This document shows, one piece after another, positions 7,378-19,541 of a DNA stretch of 64,000 nucleotides (position 1 is the first letter of the stretch; each line of letters starts with the position of its first letter). Position numbers and translations under genes: made by a program. Below the pieces are notes generated by a model. It was not told the origin of the DNA. It was given only the letters and a program-made list of their open reading frames with translations, and made no database searches. The DNA comes from an uncultured Anaerolineaceae bacterium (lineage in GTDB: Bacteria > Chloroflexota > Anaerolineae > Anaerolineales > UBA4823): contig CAZSFD010000005.1 in assembly GCA_964606085.1 (NCBI GenBank), positions 19,812 through 83,811 of the forward strand. Direction: 5' to 3'.

Positions 7378-10260
7378 ATGTCGAAGAAGATGCCCCGCTT
7401 TTTCAGGCTGCTGGCTGCGCTATTGATCTTGCTGGTGATCAGCGCCCCCCTGGTGCGCCCTGCGCCGGCGTTGGGCCATCCCTTGCCGGTTCAACGCGCT
7501 GTGCAGGCTGGCGGCGGCATCGAGGTAAGGGCAGATGCGTTTGGCTTACCCGCCGCCGATGACCCGCTGGCGGCGGCGTATGCCAAACCGAGCGTTTTTC
7601 TGCAAGCCGGCGAACCGCTGCATTTCACGGCCGACATTCCGGCAGATGGCCTCTACACCGTGTCTTTCGATATGGCCGCCGGGCAGTCTTTCATCAACGG
7701 GCCAGAGGGTCAGCTTCTCGTGGATGGGTCTTTTCCGATCAGTGAGACGCGCCGGATCATTTTTCCCATCTTTTATCAAAACGCCAGCGACCAATTCCCT
7801 TTGGATCGGTACGGCAACCAGGCGTTGATCCGTCAGGAACGGCTTTTGCGCTGGTCGAAGGTGGCCTTGCGCGATGCCAAATTCAGCCTGCCTTATCCGG
7901 CGCAAATCCCGCTGACGGCGGGGACGCATTCGTTTACTTTCATGCTTACCCAGGAGACCATGCTGCTGGGCAGTGTATACATCGAGCCATTTTCAGCTTA
8001 TCCGGCGTATGAGCGGTACGCGCAGGCTCACCCTGACCGCGCTTCTTCGGGGGTGTTGATCGAGCTTGAAGCCGAGTTTCCGACGTACAAGAACGACACC
8101 GCCATCCGGCCCACTGCTGTGCGCAGCCTGGAGGCATCGCCCTACGACGCCTACACGTTGATGCTGAATACCCTCGGCGGTGAGGGCTGGAAGCGCAGCG
8201 GCAGCGCTGTTTATTACGAGTTTTCGGTGCCGCAAGATGGCCAATATGCGATCAGCCTGCGCTGGCTGCAAAACTTCAAGGAGAACCTGACCATTTTTCG
8301 CCGCATCACGGTGGATGATGCCGTGCTGTTCGACGAACTCAACGCCGTGCCTTTTCCCTATTCCACGCGCTGGGCCACCAGCACCCTGGGCGGCGATACG
8401 CCTTTCAAAATTTACCTGACCCAGGGCAGGCATGTACTGGGGATCGAGGCCAGCAATTCTCCGTACAACCCGGCGCTTACCAAAATCCAGAAGGTGCTGC
8501 TCGACATCAACCGCTTGTCGCTGGAAATCCGCAAGCTGACCGGCAACCAGGCCGACCCGTTCAAGGAATGGGTGCTGTCTGATTACATTCCCGATATTGA
8601 GGCGCGGCTCACGGCGATTGCCGATGACTTGCAAAGCGATATGACTGGCCTGGTGGCGATTAACCAGGCCAACCGCTCGCAGGAAATCTTGATGTACCAG
8701 ATGGCGATTGACAACCTGCGCTACCTGGCCGATGAACCGGACAAAATTCCCGTTCGCATGAACCGCTTCTCCACGGGGGCTGGCTCGGCGGCGGAATTGC
8801 TGGGGAAAATTTTGCCGTCGCTTCAGGAGCAGCCCCTGGCGTTGGATAAAATTTACATCCATTCGCCCGATACGCCTCCGCCGGCGGTGCGTGTGTCGTG
8901 GTGGGCCAGCCTGGCCGATGGCCTGCGGCGTTTCGTCCATTCTTTCCGGCAGGACCCTTACAATTCCATTGGGGCGCAGGAAGGCGAAATTGAAGTGTGG
9001 GTCAACCGGCCACGCCAGTACGTAGATTTGATGCAATTCCTGACCGATCAGACCTTTACCCCCGATACTGGCATCTCGGTCAAGTTTTCGATCATGCCCA
9101 ATGAGTCTAAGCTGGTGCTGGCCAAGGCGGCGGGCATCGAACCAGATGTGGCGCTTGGCATCAGCACCAACATCCCCTACGAACTGGCCGTGCGCAACGC
9201 GTTGAAAGACCTGCGTACGTTCGAGGATTTCGACTCGTTCATCAACATTTACACCCCTGGTTCTTTGCTGAGCTATGTTTTGAACGATTCGGTGTATGCC
9301 ATCCCAGAGACGCAAGATTTTTGGGTCACGTTTTACCGCCAAGACATCTTGCAATCGTTGGGTATTCCGGTGCCGCACACCTACGATGAAGTGATCGAGA
9401 TTTTGCCAGAATTGCAGCGCTATGGGATGAACTACAACACCCCCCTTTCTGGCGGCGCTGGCCTGAAAGGGTATTTGGTGACGGCCCCCTATCTGTTCAA
9501 TTACAATGCCGAACTGTATCGCCCTGATGGCTTCGCTTCTGGCCTGGATAGCGATGCGGCGATCAACGCCCTCAAGTTCATGGCGGAGAGTTTTACCGTT
9601 TATGGTATGCCGCTGACCACTTCCAGCTTTTATGACAGCTTTCGCTACGGCAGCCTGCCTATCGGGGTATCCAACTTTACCGATTATCTCAAGCTGCTCA
9701 CCGCTGCGCCGGAGTTGACCGGGTTGTGGGCGATTGACCTCTACCCGGCCACGGTTCTGCCTGATGGCAGCCAAAACCGCTGGGCCACGGGTTCGGCGCA
9801 GGCATGTATCATGTTCGCAGATACCGAGCAGCCTGAAAAATCCTGGCAGTTTTTGAAATGGTGGATGTCTACGGAGACGCAGGTGGAATTTCAGCAGCAG
9901 CTTGTGTTGAATTATGGCATGGAATACTTGTGGAATTCGGCGAATGTCGCAGCCTTCAGCTATATTCCCATTCCCCAGGAACACAAAGACATTATTCTGG
10001 AGCAATGGAAGTGGCTGCAAGAGCCGGTGAGACTGCCCGGCAGCTACATGCAGGAACGCGAGTTGAGCAACGCCTGGAATAAGATCGTCTTCGATGGGGT
10101 CAACCCACGCGTGGCCCTCGATGACGCCATCCTGGTGATCAACCGCGAAATTGCCCGCAAGATGGAGGAATTTGGCTACCTGGAGAATGGCGTGCCGGTC
10201 AAGGCGTTCAAAGTGCCCACCCTCGAGACGGTGAAGGGCTGGATGGAGCAGGGCCAATGA
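7378..10260 (+). CDS. Giant (about 960 aa) extracellular solute-binding protein: N-terminal beta-rich CBM-like region plus C-terminal SBP domain
   Basis: Sec-type signal peptide; C-terminal half has SBP family 1 motifs ([24 protein letters not shown]); likely start 7378. Confidence 0.85.
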   Translation: MSKKMPRFFRLLAALLILLVISAPLVRPAPALGHPLPVQRAVQAGGGIEVRADAFGLPAADDPLAAAYAKPSVFLQAGEPLHFTADIPADGLYTVSFDMAAGQSFINGPEGQLLVDGSFPISETRRIIFPIFYQNASDQFPLDRYGNQALIRQERLLRWSKVALRDAKFSLPYPAQIPLTAGTHSFTFMLTQETMLLGSVYIEPFSAYPAYERYAQAHPDRASSGVLIELEAEFPTYKNDTAIRPTAVRSLEASPYDAYTLMLNTLGGEGWKRSGSAVYYEFSVPQDGQYAISLRWLQNFKENLTIFRRITVDDAVLFDELNAVPFPYSTRWATSTLGGDTPFKIYLTQGRHVLGIEASNSPYNPALTKIQKVLLDINRLSLEIRKLTGNQADPFKEWVLSDYIPDIEARLTAIADDLQSDMTGLVAINQANRSQEILMYQMAIDNLRYLADEPDKIPVRMNRFSTGAGSAAELLGKILPSLQEQPLALDKIYIHSPDTPPPAVRVSWWASLADGLRRFVHSFRQDPYNSIGAQEGEIEVWVNRPRQYVDLMQFLTDQTFTPDTGISVKFSIMPNESKLVLAKAAGIEPDVALGISTNIPYELAVRNALKDLRTFEDFDSFINIYTPGSLLSYVLNDSVYAIPETQDFWVTFYRQDILQSLGIPVPHTYDEVIEILPELQRYGMNYNTPLSGGAGLKGYLVTAPYLFNYNAELYRPDGFASGLDSDAAINALKFMAESFTVYGMPLTTSSFYDSFRYGSLPIGVSNFTDYLKLLTAAPELTGLWAIDLYPATVLPDGSQNRWATGSAQACIMFADTEQPEKSWQFLKWWMSTETQVEFQQQLVLNYGMEYLWNSANVAAFSYIPIPQEHKDIILEQWKWLQEPVRLPGSYMQERELSNAWNKIVFDGVNPRVALDDAILVINREIARKMEEFGYLENGVPVKAFKVPTLETVKGWMEQGQ

Positions 10261-11204
10261 CCGCCGCGCGCAGCAGTACGGTTCTGGCAACTCGTGGCGT
10301 TCCCAGCGCAGCCCGCAAGTGGATCGATCAGGAGGGCAATGCCTACGCTTTCCTATCCATGTATGCGGCGATGTTCATTATTTTCATCGTGCTGCCTGTG
10401 GTGGTGGCTATTCTGCTGTCGTTTACCTTTTTTGACACGATCCAGCCGCCCACCTTCAATGGCATGAAGAATTACATCACCCTGCTGACCCAGGATGACA
10501 TCTTCATGCGCTATGTCATCCCCAACACGGTCCAGTTTGCCGTGATTGTGGGGCCGGGTGGCTATATTTTGTCTTTCCTGCTGGCCTGGATGCTGGCCCA
10601 ACTTCCCAAGCTGCCGCGTACCCTCTTCGCTTTGATCCTGTATTCGCCCTCGATGACGGGTGGCGTGGCAATGTCGGTGGTGTGGCTGACCATTTTTAGC
10701 GGCGACCAGAACGGCTATCTCAACAGCTTGCTGCTCAGCTATGGCGCGATCCAGGAGCCGATCCAATGGTTGCAGTCGCCGCAATACCTGATGACGATGA
10801 TGATTGTGGTGACGCTGTGGAGCAGCATGGGGGTGGGCTTTTTGGCGATGCTGGCGGGGATTTTGGAGATCAACCCGGAACTGTATGAGGCCGGGGCGCT
10901 GGATGGCATTCGCAACCGCTTCCAGGAAATCATCCACATCACCATCCCCTCGATGAAGCCGCAGATGTTGTTTGGGGCGGTGATGGCGATTGTGTCCACC
11001 TTTCAGGCGGGAGCCATCGGTGTCACGCTTTCGGGAGCCAACCCCACGCCGCAGTATGCCGGGCAGTTGATCGTCAACCACATCGAAGATTTCGGCTTCA
11101 TCCGCTACGAGATGGGCTATGCCGCGGCGGCTTCGGTGGTGCTGCTGCTGATGGTGTTGTTCTTCGCGCGTGTGGCAAACCGTCTGTTTGGCAGCCCGGA
11201 GTAG
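10257..11204 (+). CDS. Carbohydrate ABC permease (MalF-like)
   Basis: EAA loop [10 protein letters not shown]; TM helices; ATGA overlap with upstream gene. Confidence 0.92.
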   Translation: MTAARSSTVLATRGVPSAARKWIDQEGNAYAFLSMYAAMFIIFIVLPVVVAILLSFTFFDTIQPPTFNGMKNYITLLTQDDIFMRYVIPNTVQFAVIVGPGGYILSFLLAWMLAQLPKLPRTLFALILYSPSMTGGVAMSVVWLTIFSGDQNGYLNSLLLSYGAIQEPIQWLQSPQYLMTMMIVVTLWSSMGVGFLAMLAGILEINPELYEAGALDGIRNRFQEIIHITIPSMKPQMLFGAVMAIVSTFQAGAIGVTLSGANPTPQYAGQLIVNHIEDFGFIRYEMGYAAAASVVLLLMVLFFARVANRLFGSPE

Positions 11205-11212
11205 GAGGCCGT

Positions 11213-12118
11213 GTGAAGATCACCAAATTATTCCATTACGCCAGGGCCTATAACAGCGGCACCAACCCGCGCGGGTTTCATCCCAGCCAGATCAAGTTCT
11301 ATATCATTTTGCTGCCACTGTCGTTGCTGATGATCTTGCCGATTGTCTTTATCTTTTCACATGCTTTCAAACCGCCCGATGAACTGTTCGCTTACCCGCC
11401 GCGCTTTTTGGTGACCAACCCCACCCTGAATAACTTTCGGCAATTGTTCTCCAAAATGACCACTTCCGGCGTGCCGGTCAGCCGCTACCTGTTCAACAGC
11501 GTGGTGATCACGCTGGTTTCAGTGGGGGCTTCGATCCTGGTCTCCTCCACGGCGGCTTACGCCTTGTCCAAGAAACGCTTTGCGCTTAAGCAGACCTTGT
11601 TTGCCATCAATACGGCGGCGTTGATGTTCGTGCCAATTGCCGTGACCATCCCGCGCTTCCTGATTATCGAGCGCCTGGGGCTGATGGATACGTTCCTCGT
11701 CCACATTTTGCCGGCGTTGGCTATGCCGGTGGGTTTGTTTCTAGTCAAGCAGTTCATAGACGGCATCCCCAACGAAGTGATCGAAGCCGCCCAGGTGGAT
11801 GGCGCCTCGGACATCTGGATTTATTGGCGCATCATCTTGCCGATGATCCGCCCGGCCATTGCCACCATCGCCATCCTGATCTTCCAGGCCACCTGGAACA
11901 ACGCCGAAACTTCAACTCTGTACGTCAACAGCGAAAGCCTGAAAACCTTCGCTTTCTACCTGACCACCCTCACCTCCACCACCAGCGGCGCTAACACCGT
12001 CGCCGGGCAGGGCATTGCTGCTGCTGCCTCGCTGATCATGTTCCTGCCGAACCTGCTTATTTTCATTTTGCTGCAAAGCCAGGTGATGAGCACCATGTCG
12101 CATTCGGGACTCAAGTGA
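11213..12118 (+). CDS. Carbohydrate ABC permease (MalG-like)
   Basis: EAA loop [11 protein letters not shown]; GTG start with GGAGG RBS. Confidence 0.92.
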   Translation: MKITKLFHYARAYNSGTNPRGFHPSQIKFYIILLPLSLLMILPIVFIFSHAFKPPDELFAYPPRFLVTNPTLNNFRQLFSKMTTSGVPVSRYLFNSVVITLVSVGASILVSSTAAYALSKKRFALKQTLFAINTAALMFVPIAVTIPRFLIIERLGLMDTFLVHILPALAMPVGLFLVKQFIDGIPNEVIEAAQVDGASDIWIYWRIILPMIRPAIATIAILIFQATWNNAETSTLYVNSESLKTFAFYLTTLTSTTSGANTVAGQGIAAAASLIMFLPNLLIFILLQSQVMSTMSHSGLK

Positions 12119-14127
12119 TGAAAAAGCTCGCTGCAATTCTTCTGCTGGTGTTGGCGCTTTCGGGACTTTCGGCTTCGGGCGCACAGGCCACTTCGCCATA
12201 TACCACCTGGGCTTTGGGCCCAGGCGGTTTGCTCTTTCTCACTCAAGATGCTTATCGGCCATATGACGAAATCGCCTTGCCCATCGCGGGTGCTGAGGAT
12301 TTCATTGTGACTGCCGATGGCACGATCTACCTGGCCGATACCGGGAAGGGGCGCATCCTCAAGCTGGAGAATTTCGAGATCGCCGCCACACTGGGGGCAG
12401 AGGTGCTGCAAAGCCCGACCGGCATAGATGTCGGCCCGGATGGAACGCTGTACATCGCCGATGCCAAGACAAATACGGTTGTCATTCTGGATCAAGCTGG
12501 CAACCTGATCAGCCAGCTCGGGCGGCCTGGCGAGCCGTTGTTTGGCAAATCGAGGCAATTCTTGCCCCGCAAAATTGCCGTAGACGCCCGCAAGAACCTC
12601 TATATCATCAACGAAGGGTCGGTCAATGGGATTGTGCAGATGAACCCCTACGGCAATTTCATTGGCTATTTTGGCGCCAATGCGGCTTCCACTTCGGTCA
12701 GGTTCATTTTGCAGCGCTTGTTCCTTTCTGAGGAGCAGCTCGACCAGTTCATCAAGAACACGGCCGCCTCGCCGTCGAACCTCGCCATAGATAGCCAGGG
12801 GATGGTGTACACGGTGACTTCTGGCTCTTCCAGGGGCGAGGGCATCCGCCGTTTCATCATTTCGGGCAAGAATATCTTTCCCACCACCTATGGCTCCACC
12901 ACCTTTCGAGACATCCATGTCAGCGAAGATGGCCTGGTGATTGCCGTGGATGAAAGCGGCCAGATTTACGAATACGACACGCACGGCACGCTGCTGTTTG
13001 TGTTTGGCGCGAAAGACCAGGGCGAACAGCGCCTGGGCACACTGCTGGACCCCACGGCCATCGCCCGCTTCGGCGATTTTCTCTATGTTTTAGATCGGGG
13101 CAAGAATGCCATCGTCATTTACCAGTCTACCGAATTTTCGCGCAGGGTGCATCAAGGGGTGAAGCTGTATATGGACGGCTTTTACGTGGAAGCGCGGCCT
13201 TATTTCGAGGAAGTGCTGAACTTCAACGGGTCGTTCATCATGGCCTACCAGGCCATCGCCGATGCCTATTTCAAGCAAAGGGATTTTGTCAATGCCCTGG
13301 CCTATTACCGCTACGCCGAAGACCGCCCCGGGTACTCGCAGGCTTTTTGGGAGCTGCGCAACGCTGTCTTGCAGCAATACCTGTCGCCGGCCCTGTTTGG
13401 GTTGATCGGGTTGTGGGTGATCTATGGTGGGGTGAGCCGCCTGGATCGGCGCTATCGGTGGTTCGAGCCGCTGCGCGCCTGGCTGCGCGGCTTGCAGCGC
13501 TTTCATTTGGTGGATGATTTTGTGTTCATGTTCCGCTTTATCAGGCAGCCAGCCGACAGCTTTTACTACATCAAGAAAAACCAGCGCGGCAGCCTGTGGT
13601 TTGCGCTGCTGGTTTACCTGTGGGTGGTTGCCCTGCGGCTGGTTTCGCTCTACCTGACGGGATTTGTTTTCAACCCTTACCCCTCGCCAGCCAACATCCG
13701 GGTTGAAAATGAACTGATTCCCCCGATCTTGCTCATTTTTCTGTGGAATGCCGCCAATTACCTGGTTTCGACCATCAGCGATGGCGAAGGGCGTGTGCGC
13801 GATGTGATCGTCGGCAGCGCGTACAGCCTGTTTCCGCTGGCCCTGTTTTCGCTGCCGCTGGCGCTGCTTTCCAATGTGCTGTCGCTCAACGAAGTTTTTA
13901 TTTACACGTTCACCCAAAATATCCTCCTGGCATGGACGGGGTTGATGTTGTCCATCATGGTCATGGAAATTCACAACTACTCGTTTCGCGAGACCATCCG
14001 CAACATCATCACCACCCTCTTTACCATGGCCCTGTTCATGCTGACGGGCTATATTTTGTACGTCTTGTTCTCCCAACTGTTCGATTTCGTTTTCGCCATC
14101 TACCAGGAGCTGCGATTACGTGTCTAA
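12118..14127 (+). CDS. NHL-repeat / TPR-like / YIP1-domain membrane protein
   Basis: Signal peptide; NHL repeats ([40 protein letters not shown]); helical TPR-like segment; C-terminal multi-TM YIP1-like region. Confidence 0.8.
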   Translation: MKKLAAILLLVLALSGLSASGAQATSPYTTWALGPGGLLFLTQDAYRPYDEIALPIAGAEDFIVTADGTIYLADTGKGRILKLENFEIAATLGAEVLQSPTGIDVGPDGTLYIADAKTNTVVILDQAGNLISQLGRPGEPLFGKSRQFLPRKIAVDARKNLYIINEGSVNGIVQMNPYGNFIGYFGANAASTSVRFILQRLFLSEEQLDQFIKNTAASPSNLAIDSQGMVYTVTSGSSRGEGIRRFIISGKNIFPTTYGSTTFRDIHVSEDGLVIAVDESGQIYEYDTHGTLLFVFGAKDQGEQRLGTLLDPTAIARFGDFLYVLDRGKNAIVIYQSTEFSRRVHQGVKLYMDGFYVEARPYFEEVLNFNGSFIMAYQAIADAYFKQRDFVNALAYYRYAEDRPGYSQAFWELRNAVLQQYLSPALFGLIGLWVIYGGVSRLDRRYRWFEPLRAWLRGLQRFHLVDDFVFMFRFIRQPADSFYYIKKNQRGSLWFALLVYLWVVALRLVSLYLTGFVFNPYPSPANIRVENELIPPILLIFLWNAANYLVSTISDGEGRVRDVIVGSAYSLFPLALFSLPLALLSNVLSLNEVFIYTFTQNILLAWTGLMLSIMVMEIHNYSFRETIRNIITTLFTMALFMLTGYILYVLFSQLFDFVFAIYQELRLRV

Positions 14128-16360
14128 GCTGCATATCCTCCTCTTTGTGACCTTGTTTGGACTGCTGGGCGGGGCAGGCGTGGCAAGGGTGGCCGGCGGC
14201 GCACCTGAGGCGCTGCCCCTCGCCCCCGCCGAAGCGGTTGTTCAGCCGCGTGCGCTCGAAATGAAAGGCGCCGCCGCGACCGAGGTGGCGACGGATGTGT
14301 TGGTCGGCGAAAATGCCAAATTCCAACTGTATGCCAATGCCGAAACCCTGGCCTTCAAAGTGGTGGATCGGCGCAGCGGTTATGTGTGGCATTCCAACCT
14401 GGACGAGAAAATGCCCAGCGACCGCCTTAACAAGACCTGGACAGCTTTTGCCACGAGCGGGATCAGCATTGATTTTGTCGATCAAAAGGTCAACGAAAAA
14501 CGCGCCTCCATCACCAGCGCCGAGCACACCATCGAGTTCCAGCAAACGGGCCAGGGCTTCCTGGCGCATCTGACCTTTAGCGAACCTTCCATCTCGTTGA
14601 GCGTCAGCGTCCAACTCAACGAGCGCGGCGTGTCCGTCGAAATCCCCTTTGCTTCCCTGCATGAAGCAGACCCGGCCTACCGGCTGGGCACGCTGCACGT
14701 CTACCCCTTCTTTGCCGCCACCCGCGTAGACGATGTCCCCGGCTATCTGTTCATCCCCGATGGTTCTGGCAGCCTGATCCACTTTGCGGCTGAAACAAAA
14801 GCCAAAAATATGTTTTATGGACGCTATTATGGCGCTGACCTGGGAATGCTGGGTTCCCTGCCGTATGACCCCACGACCCAGCCGCCGCATAAAATTTCCA
14901 TCCCGGTGATCGGGATGGTGCATGGCGAGGGCGAAAATGCCTATCTGGCCATTGTCGAGCAGGGCGCCTCGTATGGCGAATTTCGCGCCCACCCGGCCGG
15001 CATCATCACCAATTTCAATTTTCTTTACAACGCCTTCACCTACAACGCCAGCTATTTCCAGGCCACCAGCCGTTCGGGGGCGGGGGTGACTGTCTTGCAG
15101 CCCAGCACCAACCCGTTTGATGTCAAGATCAACTACCGCTTCCTCACCGGCGGCCAGGCCGATTACGTGGGCATGGCTCGCAGTTACCGCGATTACCTGA
15201 TTGAGCAGGACGAATTGAGCCGCACCGTAACGCCTGGCAGTGACATCGGCATCCGCCTGGAGTTTCTGGCTGGTGATAAGGAGCGTGTGCTGTTTTGGGA
15301 TCGCATGATCCCCATGACTACCATCTCGCAAATGCGGGCCATTCTCGACGATTTGCAGGTCAAAAACCCGCAGGTGGTCTACTATGGCTGGCAGCCCGAT
15401 GGCGCATCCAGTATGCCGCCGAAGACCTTCAAGCTGGATGGCAGCCTGGGGACGCCGGGCGAACTGGCCGCCCTGATCGGCGATGTTCAGGCGACTGGCG
15501 GCCAATTCAATCTGTATGTAGACCCTCAGGCGGCTTTTTGGGATGAGCCAGGCTATTCCACCCGTTCCGACCTGGCTGTGGCTATCATCAACGAAAATAT
15601 CATTGGTTACAACCGCGATAAGGTCAATTTTTTCCGCAACTTCGCCTCGTTGAGCCAGTTCTACACCTCGCTCAACCAGGATGTGTGGCGCGCGGTGGGG
15701 GCGGGCCTGGCCCTGGATGGCATCGGGACGAACCTGTACAGCGATTTCAAGGATGGCAATTTCATCAGCCGTGAACAAGCCATTCAGCAATACCGGGCGC
15801 TGCTGGCCGCCGATGGCAGCGACAACCTGGTGGCGCTTCGCAGCGCTTTTTACCGGCCCAACCACTATCTCTTTCGCTACATGCAGGCTTACTACGACAT
15901 CCCGGTGACCGACAGCGGGTATATCTATACCACTGCTACCGTGCCATTTTTACAGATTGTCTTTGCCGGTATGATCCCGTTCTATGGCCCGGCGCTGAAT
16001 TTTTCTTCCAACCTCCAGGAAGATTTGCTCCGTTATGCCGATTTTGGCGTTTATCCGTCGTTCTTCGTCTCTGAAGGCGCGACCGCCCGCATCCTGAACA
16101 CCCGCTCCAACTGGATTTTTTCCTCGGCATACACCCAATGGGGCGATGAAATCAAGCGCACCTATCAATGGCTCAATGACCGGTTGGGGCCGGTGTATGG
16201 GCAGGAGATCATCGCCCGCCAGCAGCTTGCGCCAGGCGTGTATGCCACCACCTATGCCAACGGGAAGGTCGTCATCGTCAATTACACCGCGCAGCCAGCT
16301 GCCCTGGACGGCGTGACGGTCAATGGCAAAGATGCCGTCCTCAGCGAGGTGCAGCCATGA
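14120..16360 (+). CDS. DUF5696-like secreted protein
   Basis: N-terminal signal or anchor; [12 protein letters not shown] and [15 protein letters not shown] segments I recognise from DUF5696; conserved position between the NHL/YIP1 gene and permeases. Confidence 0.7.
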   Translation: MSKLHILLFVTLFGLLGGAGVARVAGGAPEALPLAPAEAVVQPRALEMKGAAATEVATDVLVGENAKFQLYANAETLAFKVVDRRSGYVWHSNLDEKMPSDRLNKTWTAFATSGISIDFVDQKVNEKRASITSAEHTIEFQQTGQGFLAHLTFSEPSISLSVSVQLNERGVSVEIPFASLHEADPAYRLGTLHVYPFFAATRVDDVPGYLFIPDGSGSLIHFAAETKAKNMFYGRYYGADLGMLGSLPYDPTTQPPHKISIPVIGMVHGEGENAYLAIVEQGASYGEFRAHPAGIITNFNFLYNAFTYNASYFQATSRSGAGVTVLQPSTNPFDVKINYRFLTGGQADYVGMARSYRDYLIEQDELSRTVTPGSDIGIRLEFLAGDKERVLFWDRMIPMTTISQMRAILDDLQVKNPQVVYYGWQPDGASSMPPKTFKLDGSLGTPGELAALIGDVQATGGQFNLYVDPQAAFWDEPGYSTRSDLAVAIINENIIGYNRDKVNFFRNFASLSQFYTSLNQDVWRAVGAGLALDGIGTNLYSDFKDGNFISREQAIQQYRALLAADGSDNLVALRSAFYRPNHYLFRYMQAYYDIPVTDSGYIYTTATVPFLQIVFAGMIPFYGPALNFSSNLQEDLLRYADFGVYPSFFVSEGATARILNTRSNWIFSSAYTQWGDEIKRTYQWLNDRLGPVYGQEIIARQQLAPGVYATTYANGKVVIVNYTAQPAALDGVTVNGKDAVLSEVQP

Positions 16361-17247
16361 GAAGCCGGCCTTCCTTCGGCATCATTCGCATGAAGCACAG
16401 CTTGCGCGAGGCGCTCTATGGCTACGCCTTCGTGCTGATCTGGATCATCGGCTTTGGCCTGTTTACGGCCATCCCCCTCGTGCAGACCTTTCTGTTCAGC
16501 CTGAACCAGGTCACGGTGAAGGCCACCGGCATTGACCAGGTTTTTGTGCGTTGGGATAACTACACACGGGCGTTGTTTACCGATACCAGCTTTATCGAAC
16601 TGCTGATCGAGTATGTGATCGAAACCCTGGTCTCTGTGCCGATTGTGATCATCTTTTCGATGATCATCGCCTTGCTGTTGAATTTGAATTTCCGGTTGAA
16701 GGGCGTGTTTCGCACGATCTTCTTTTTGCCAGTGGTGATTACCAGCGGGCCGGTCATTCGCGAGCTGACCGCCCAGGGCGCTACCTCCGTTCCTGGCTTG
16801 CAAAACCTGACCGCCGTGGCGAACTTCGTCGCCGAATTGCCGCGCTATTTGCGCAACCCGGTCGAATACCTGCTGACCTCGTTTATTTTGATCCTGTGGT
16901 TTTCTGGCGTGCAAATTCTCATCTATCTCGCCAGTCTGCAGAAGATTGACCGCAGCATTTACGAAGCGGCGGCCATTGATGGCGCATCGGCCTGGGAAGC
17001 GTTCTGGAAGATTACGCTGCCATCGCTCTCAACCACCACCGTGATCATCGCCTTTTACACCATCATCACGCTGTCGCATTTTTCCGAGAACAAAGTCATC
17101 CGCTACATTTACGGGCAAACCTATTCAGTAGATGGCGGGTTTGGTTATGCCAGCGCCATGTCATTCATCTATTTTCTCGTGTTGGTGCTGCTGCTGGTGA
17201 TTGTCTATTTCGCCTTGAATTTCCAATCCCGCAAGACGTTCGATTAA
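16357..17247 (+). CDS. Carbohydrate ABC permease (second MalF-like)
   Basis: EAA loop SIYEAAAIDGAS; ATGA overlap. Confidence 0.92.
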   Translation: MRSRPSFGIIRMKHSLREALYGYAFVLIWIIGFGLFTAIPLVQTFLFSLNQVTVKATGIDQVFVRWDNYTRALFTDTSFIELLIEYVIETLVSVPIVIIFSMIIALLLNLNFRLKGVFRTIFFLPVVITSGPVIRELTAQGATSVPGLQNLTAVANFVAELPRYLRNPVEYLLTSFILILWFSGVQILIYLASLQKIDRSIYEAAAIDGASAWEAFWKITLPSLSTTTVIIAFYTIITLSHFSENKVIRYIYGQTYSVDGGFGYASAMSFIYFLVLVLLLVIVYFALNFQSRKTFD

Positions 17248-17257
17248 CAGGGCGCTT

Positions 17258-18187
17258 ATGCACAGGTTCTCCAAAGATTATCTGCTCGGTTTCTTTTTTG
17301 GCAACCGCACCGGGTACGGGTTGGTTTTCACCACCTTGCTGTATGCCCTGCTGGCGGCGATCGGGTTTGTTTACCTGTACCCGCTGCTGTTCATGTTCGT
17401 CACCAGTTTCAAGAACACCAGCGACCTGCTCAACCCGGCAGTGCAGTGGATTCCGACCGAGTTTTACACGGGCAACTATGTGAAGGCCTACCGGGTGCTG
17501 GATTACCCCCAAACGCTGCTGGCTTCGACGATGATCAGCGTCATCCCGTCCATCATCCAGACGGCCGTGTGTTCGCTGGTGGGCTACGGCCTGGCGCGTT
17601 ACCGTTTTTGGGGCAAAAATGTGATCTTTGCCTGCATCCTGGCGACCTTTATCATCCCCGCTCAGAACACCTTCATCCCGCAGATGTTGACCTTCCGCGA
17701 CCTGGGCTTGTTGGGGAATATCCAGGCATTGCTCATCCCGGCCATCTTCGGCCAGGGGTTCAAGAGCGCCATCTTCATCCTGATCTTTTACCAGACCTTC
17801 CTTTCGCTGCCCAAAGTGCTGGAGGAAGCCGCCCGGCTGGATGGCGCCACCGACCTGCAAATTTTCATCCAAATTGCCATCCCCGCCGCCCTGCCATCTT
17901 ATATCATCTCGGTCATCTTCTCCACGGTCTGGTATTGGAATGAGACCTTCCTGACCAACATCTTCCTCGAAGGCGGCATCCAAACCCTGCCGATGCAGCT
18001 CGCCCGGTTTGTGCAGGCGTACGAAAACCTGTATCCGCCTGGCGTGGTGAACATTTTCGACCGCATCAACGAAGCCGTCAAGTTGAGCGGCACCTTTTTG
18101 AACATCTTGCCGCTGCTCGTGATGTACTTCATTCTGCAAAAATGGTTCGTCGAATCGATTGAAAGGACAGGCATTACCGGTGAATAA
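17258..18187 (+). CDS. Carbohydrate ABC permease (second MalG-like)
   Basis: EAA loop LEEAARLDGA; C-terminal FVESIERTGITG. Confidence 0.92.
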   Translation: MHRFSKDYLLGFFFGNRTGYGLVFTTLLYALLAAIGFVYLYPLLFMFVTSFKNTSDLLNPAVQWIPTEFYTGNYVKAYRVLDYPQTLLASTMISVIPSIIQTAVCSLVGYGLARYRFWGKNVIFACILATFIIPAQNTFIPQMLTFRDLGLLGNIQALLIPAIFGQGFKSAIFILIFYQTFLSLPKVLEEAARLDGATDLQIFIQIAIPAALPSYIISVIFSTVWYWNETFLTNIFLEGGIQTLPMQLARFVQAYENLYPPGVVNIFDRINEAVKLSGTFLNILPLLVMYFILQKWFVESIERTGITGE

Positions 18188-19541
18188 ACCCATCCTCTTG
18201 CTGTTGAGCATTCTCCTGCTGATTTCCGGTTGCACCACGCCAACCCCCACTTCCATGCCCCCCACCTCCACCCCTTCGCACACGCCAACGGCTGTCCAGC
18301 CGCCCCCCACCGAAACGCCCCTCCCCACGCCAACCCCGGCGAATATCGCCGATGTTATCGCATACGAAATGAAAGGTTCGTTCGATTTTTTCTGGGAGCA
18401 GGCCAACACCGACGCGGCCAGCCCTGGCTACGGCCTGGTGCGCGACCGCTATCCGGGGTCAGAAGGCATCGCCAGCATGGCTTCGGTTGGCTTCGCGCTC
18501 ACCGCTTACCCCATTGGCGTGGAAAAGGGCTATATCACCTGGCAGGAAGGTTACGACCGGGCCAACGGCACGCTGGATACCCTGCTGCGCATGGATCGCG
18601 TCGAAGGTTTTTACTACCACTTCGTCGAGATGCAAACCGGCCAGCGCGCCTGGCAGAGCGAGGTCTCTAATATTGACACCTCCATCCTGCTGATGGGCGT
18701 TCTCACGGCGGGGGAATACTTCGGTGGGGAGGTGCAAGCCAAAGCGCAGCAAATTTACGAGGGGGTCAATTGGCCCTGGTTTCTCGATAGCGCAAGGAAT
18801 ATGTTTTACATGGCCTATCGCCCCGAAAAAGGCTTCGAGGGCCACTGGGATTTTTACGCCGAGCAGTTGATGATGTATGTGCTGGCCGCCGGTTCCGTTA
18901 CATACCCGCTCGATGATCTGCCCTATTACACCTTCACCCGCCACACCGCCCACTATGGCGCGGGGCAGCCGTTCATCCATTCGTGGTTTGGTTCCATCTT
19001 CACCTACCAATTCAGCCACGCCTGGATTGATTTCCGCGGCCTGACCGACAAGAAAGATGTCAACTGGTTCGACAATTCGGTCTCGGCGGTGCAGGCGCAC
19101 TACGATTACGCCGTCAAGATGGCGCCCAAGTATAAAACGCTCGGCCCCCTGGCCTGGGGTCTCTCTGCTTGCGACGGGCCGGATGGCTATAACGGGCTGT
19201 ATGGCGCGCCGCCTTCAGGATACGACAACAAGCAGCACAAGGTAGATGACACCATTCCGCCCTATGGCGCCATCGGTTCGATCATCTTCCTGCCTGAGCA
19301 GGCCCAACAGGCCATGTTGAACTATTATGCGCTCGAAAAGCTCAAAGGCCGCTACGGCTTTCAGGATGCCTACAACTTGAGCGAGAACTGGTACGCCCCC
19401 GATGTGATCGGCATTGACAAGGGCATTTCGCTGTTGATGTTGGCGAATTTCGAGAACGAGCAGGTACACCAGATTGTGATGAAAAACGCCCACATCCTCA
19501 ATGGCTTGAGCCGCTTGCAGATCTTGGAGCAGACGCCATGA
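18180..19541 (+). CDS. GH144-like (Glycoamylase/DUF3131-type) putative endo-beta-1,2-glucanase lipoprotein
   Basis: Lipobox ISGC plus Pro/Thr linker; SMASVGFAL, GFYYHF, EVSNIDT, YAEQLMMYVLA, FTYQFSHAW, WGLSACDGP, GIDKG motifs; likely GTG start at 18180. Confidence 0.8.
   Translation: MNKPILLLLSILLLISGCTTPTPTSMPPTSTPSHTPTAVQPPPTETPLPTPTPANIADVIAYEMKGSFDFFWEQANTDAASPGYGLVRDRYPGSEGIASMASVGFALTAYPIGVEKGYITWQEGYDRANGTLDTLLRMDRVEGFYYHFVEMQTGQRAWQSEVSNIDTSILLMGVLTAGEYFGGEVQAKAQQIYEGVNWPWFLDSARNMFYMAYRPEKGFEGHWDFYAEQLMMYVLAAGSVTYPLDDLPYYTFTRHTAHYGAGQPFIHSWFGSIFTYQFSHAWIDFRGLTDKKDVNWFDNSVSAVQAHYDYAVKMAPKYKTLGPLAWGLSACDGPDGYNGLYGAPPSGYDNKQHKVDDTIPPYGAIGSIIFLPEQAQQAMLNYYALEKLKGRYGFQDAYNLSENWYAPDVIGIDKGISLLMLANFENEQVHQIVMKNAHILNGLSRLQILEQTP

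Noticed and set aside
7993-10290. 765-aa antisense ORF (also 5575-7347, 14036-15865, 32613-34106, 26343-27671 and others)
   Set aside because: Shadow frames opposite well-supported genes; expected from high-GC codon bias; no recognisable motifs
18230-18340. C-rich low-complexity stretch (also near 5960-6030 and 58680-58740)
   Set aside because: Encodes ordinary Pro/Thr linkers after lipoboxes
18180-19541. Glucoamylase (starch) annotation
   Set aside because: The family name is historical; characterised members act on beta-1,2-glucan and no alpha-glucan genes are nearby
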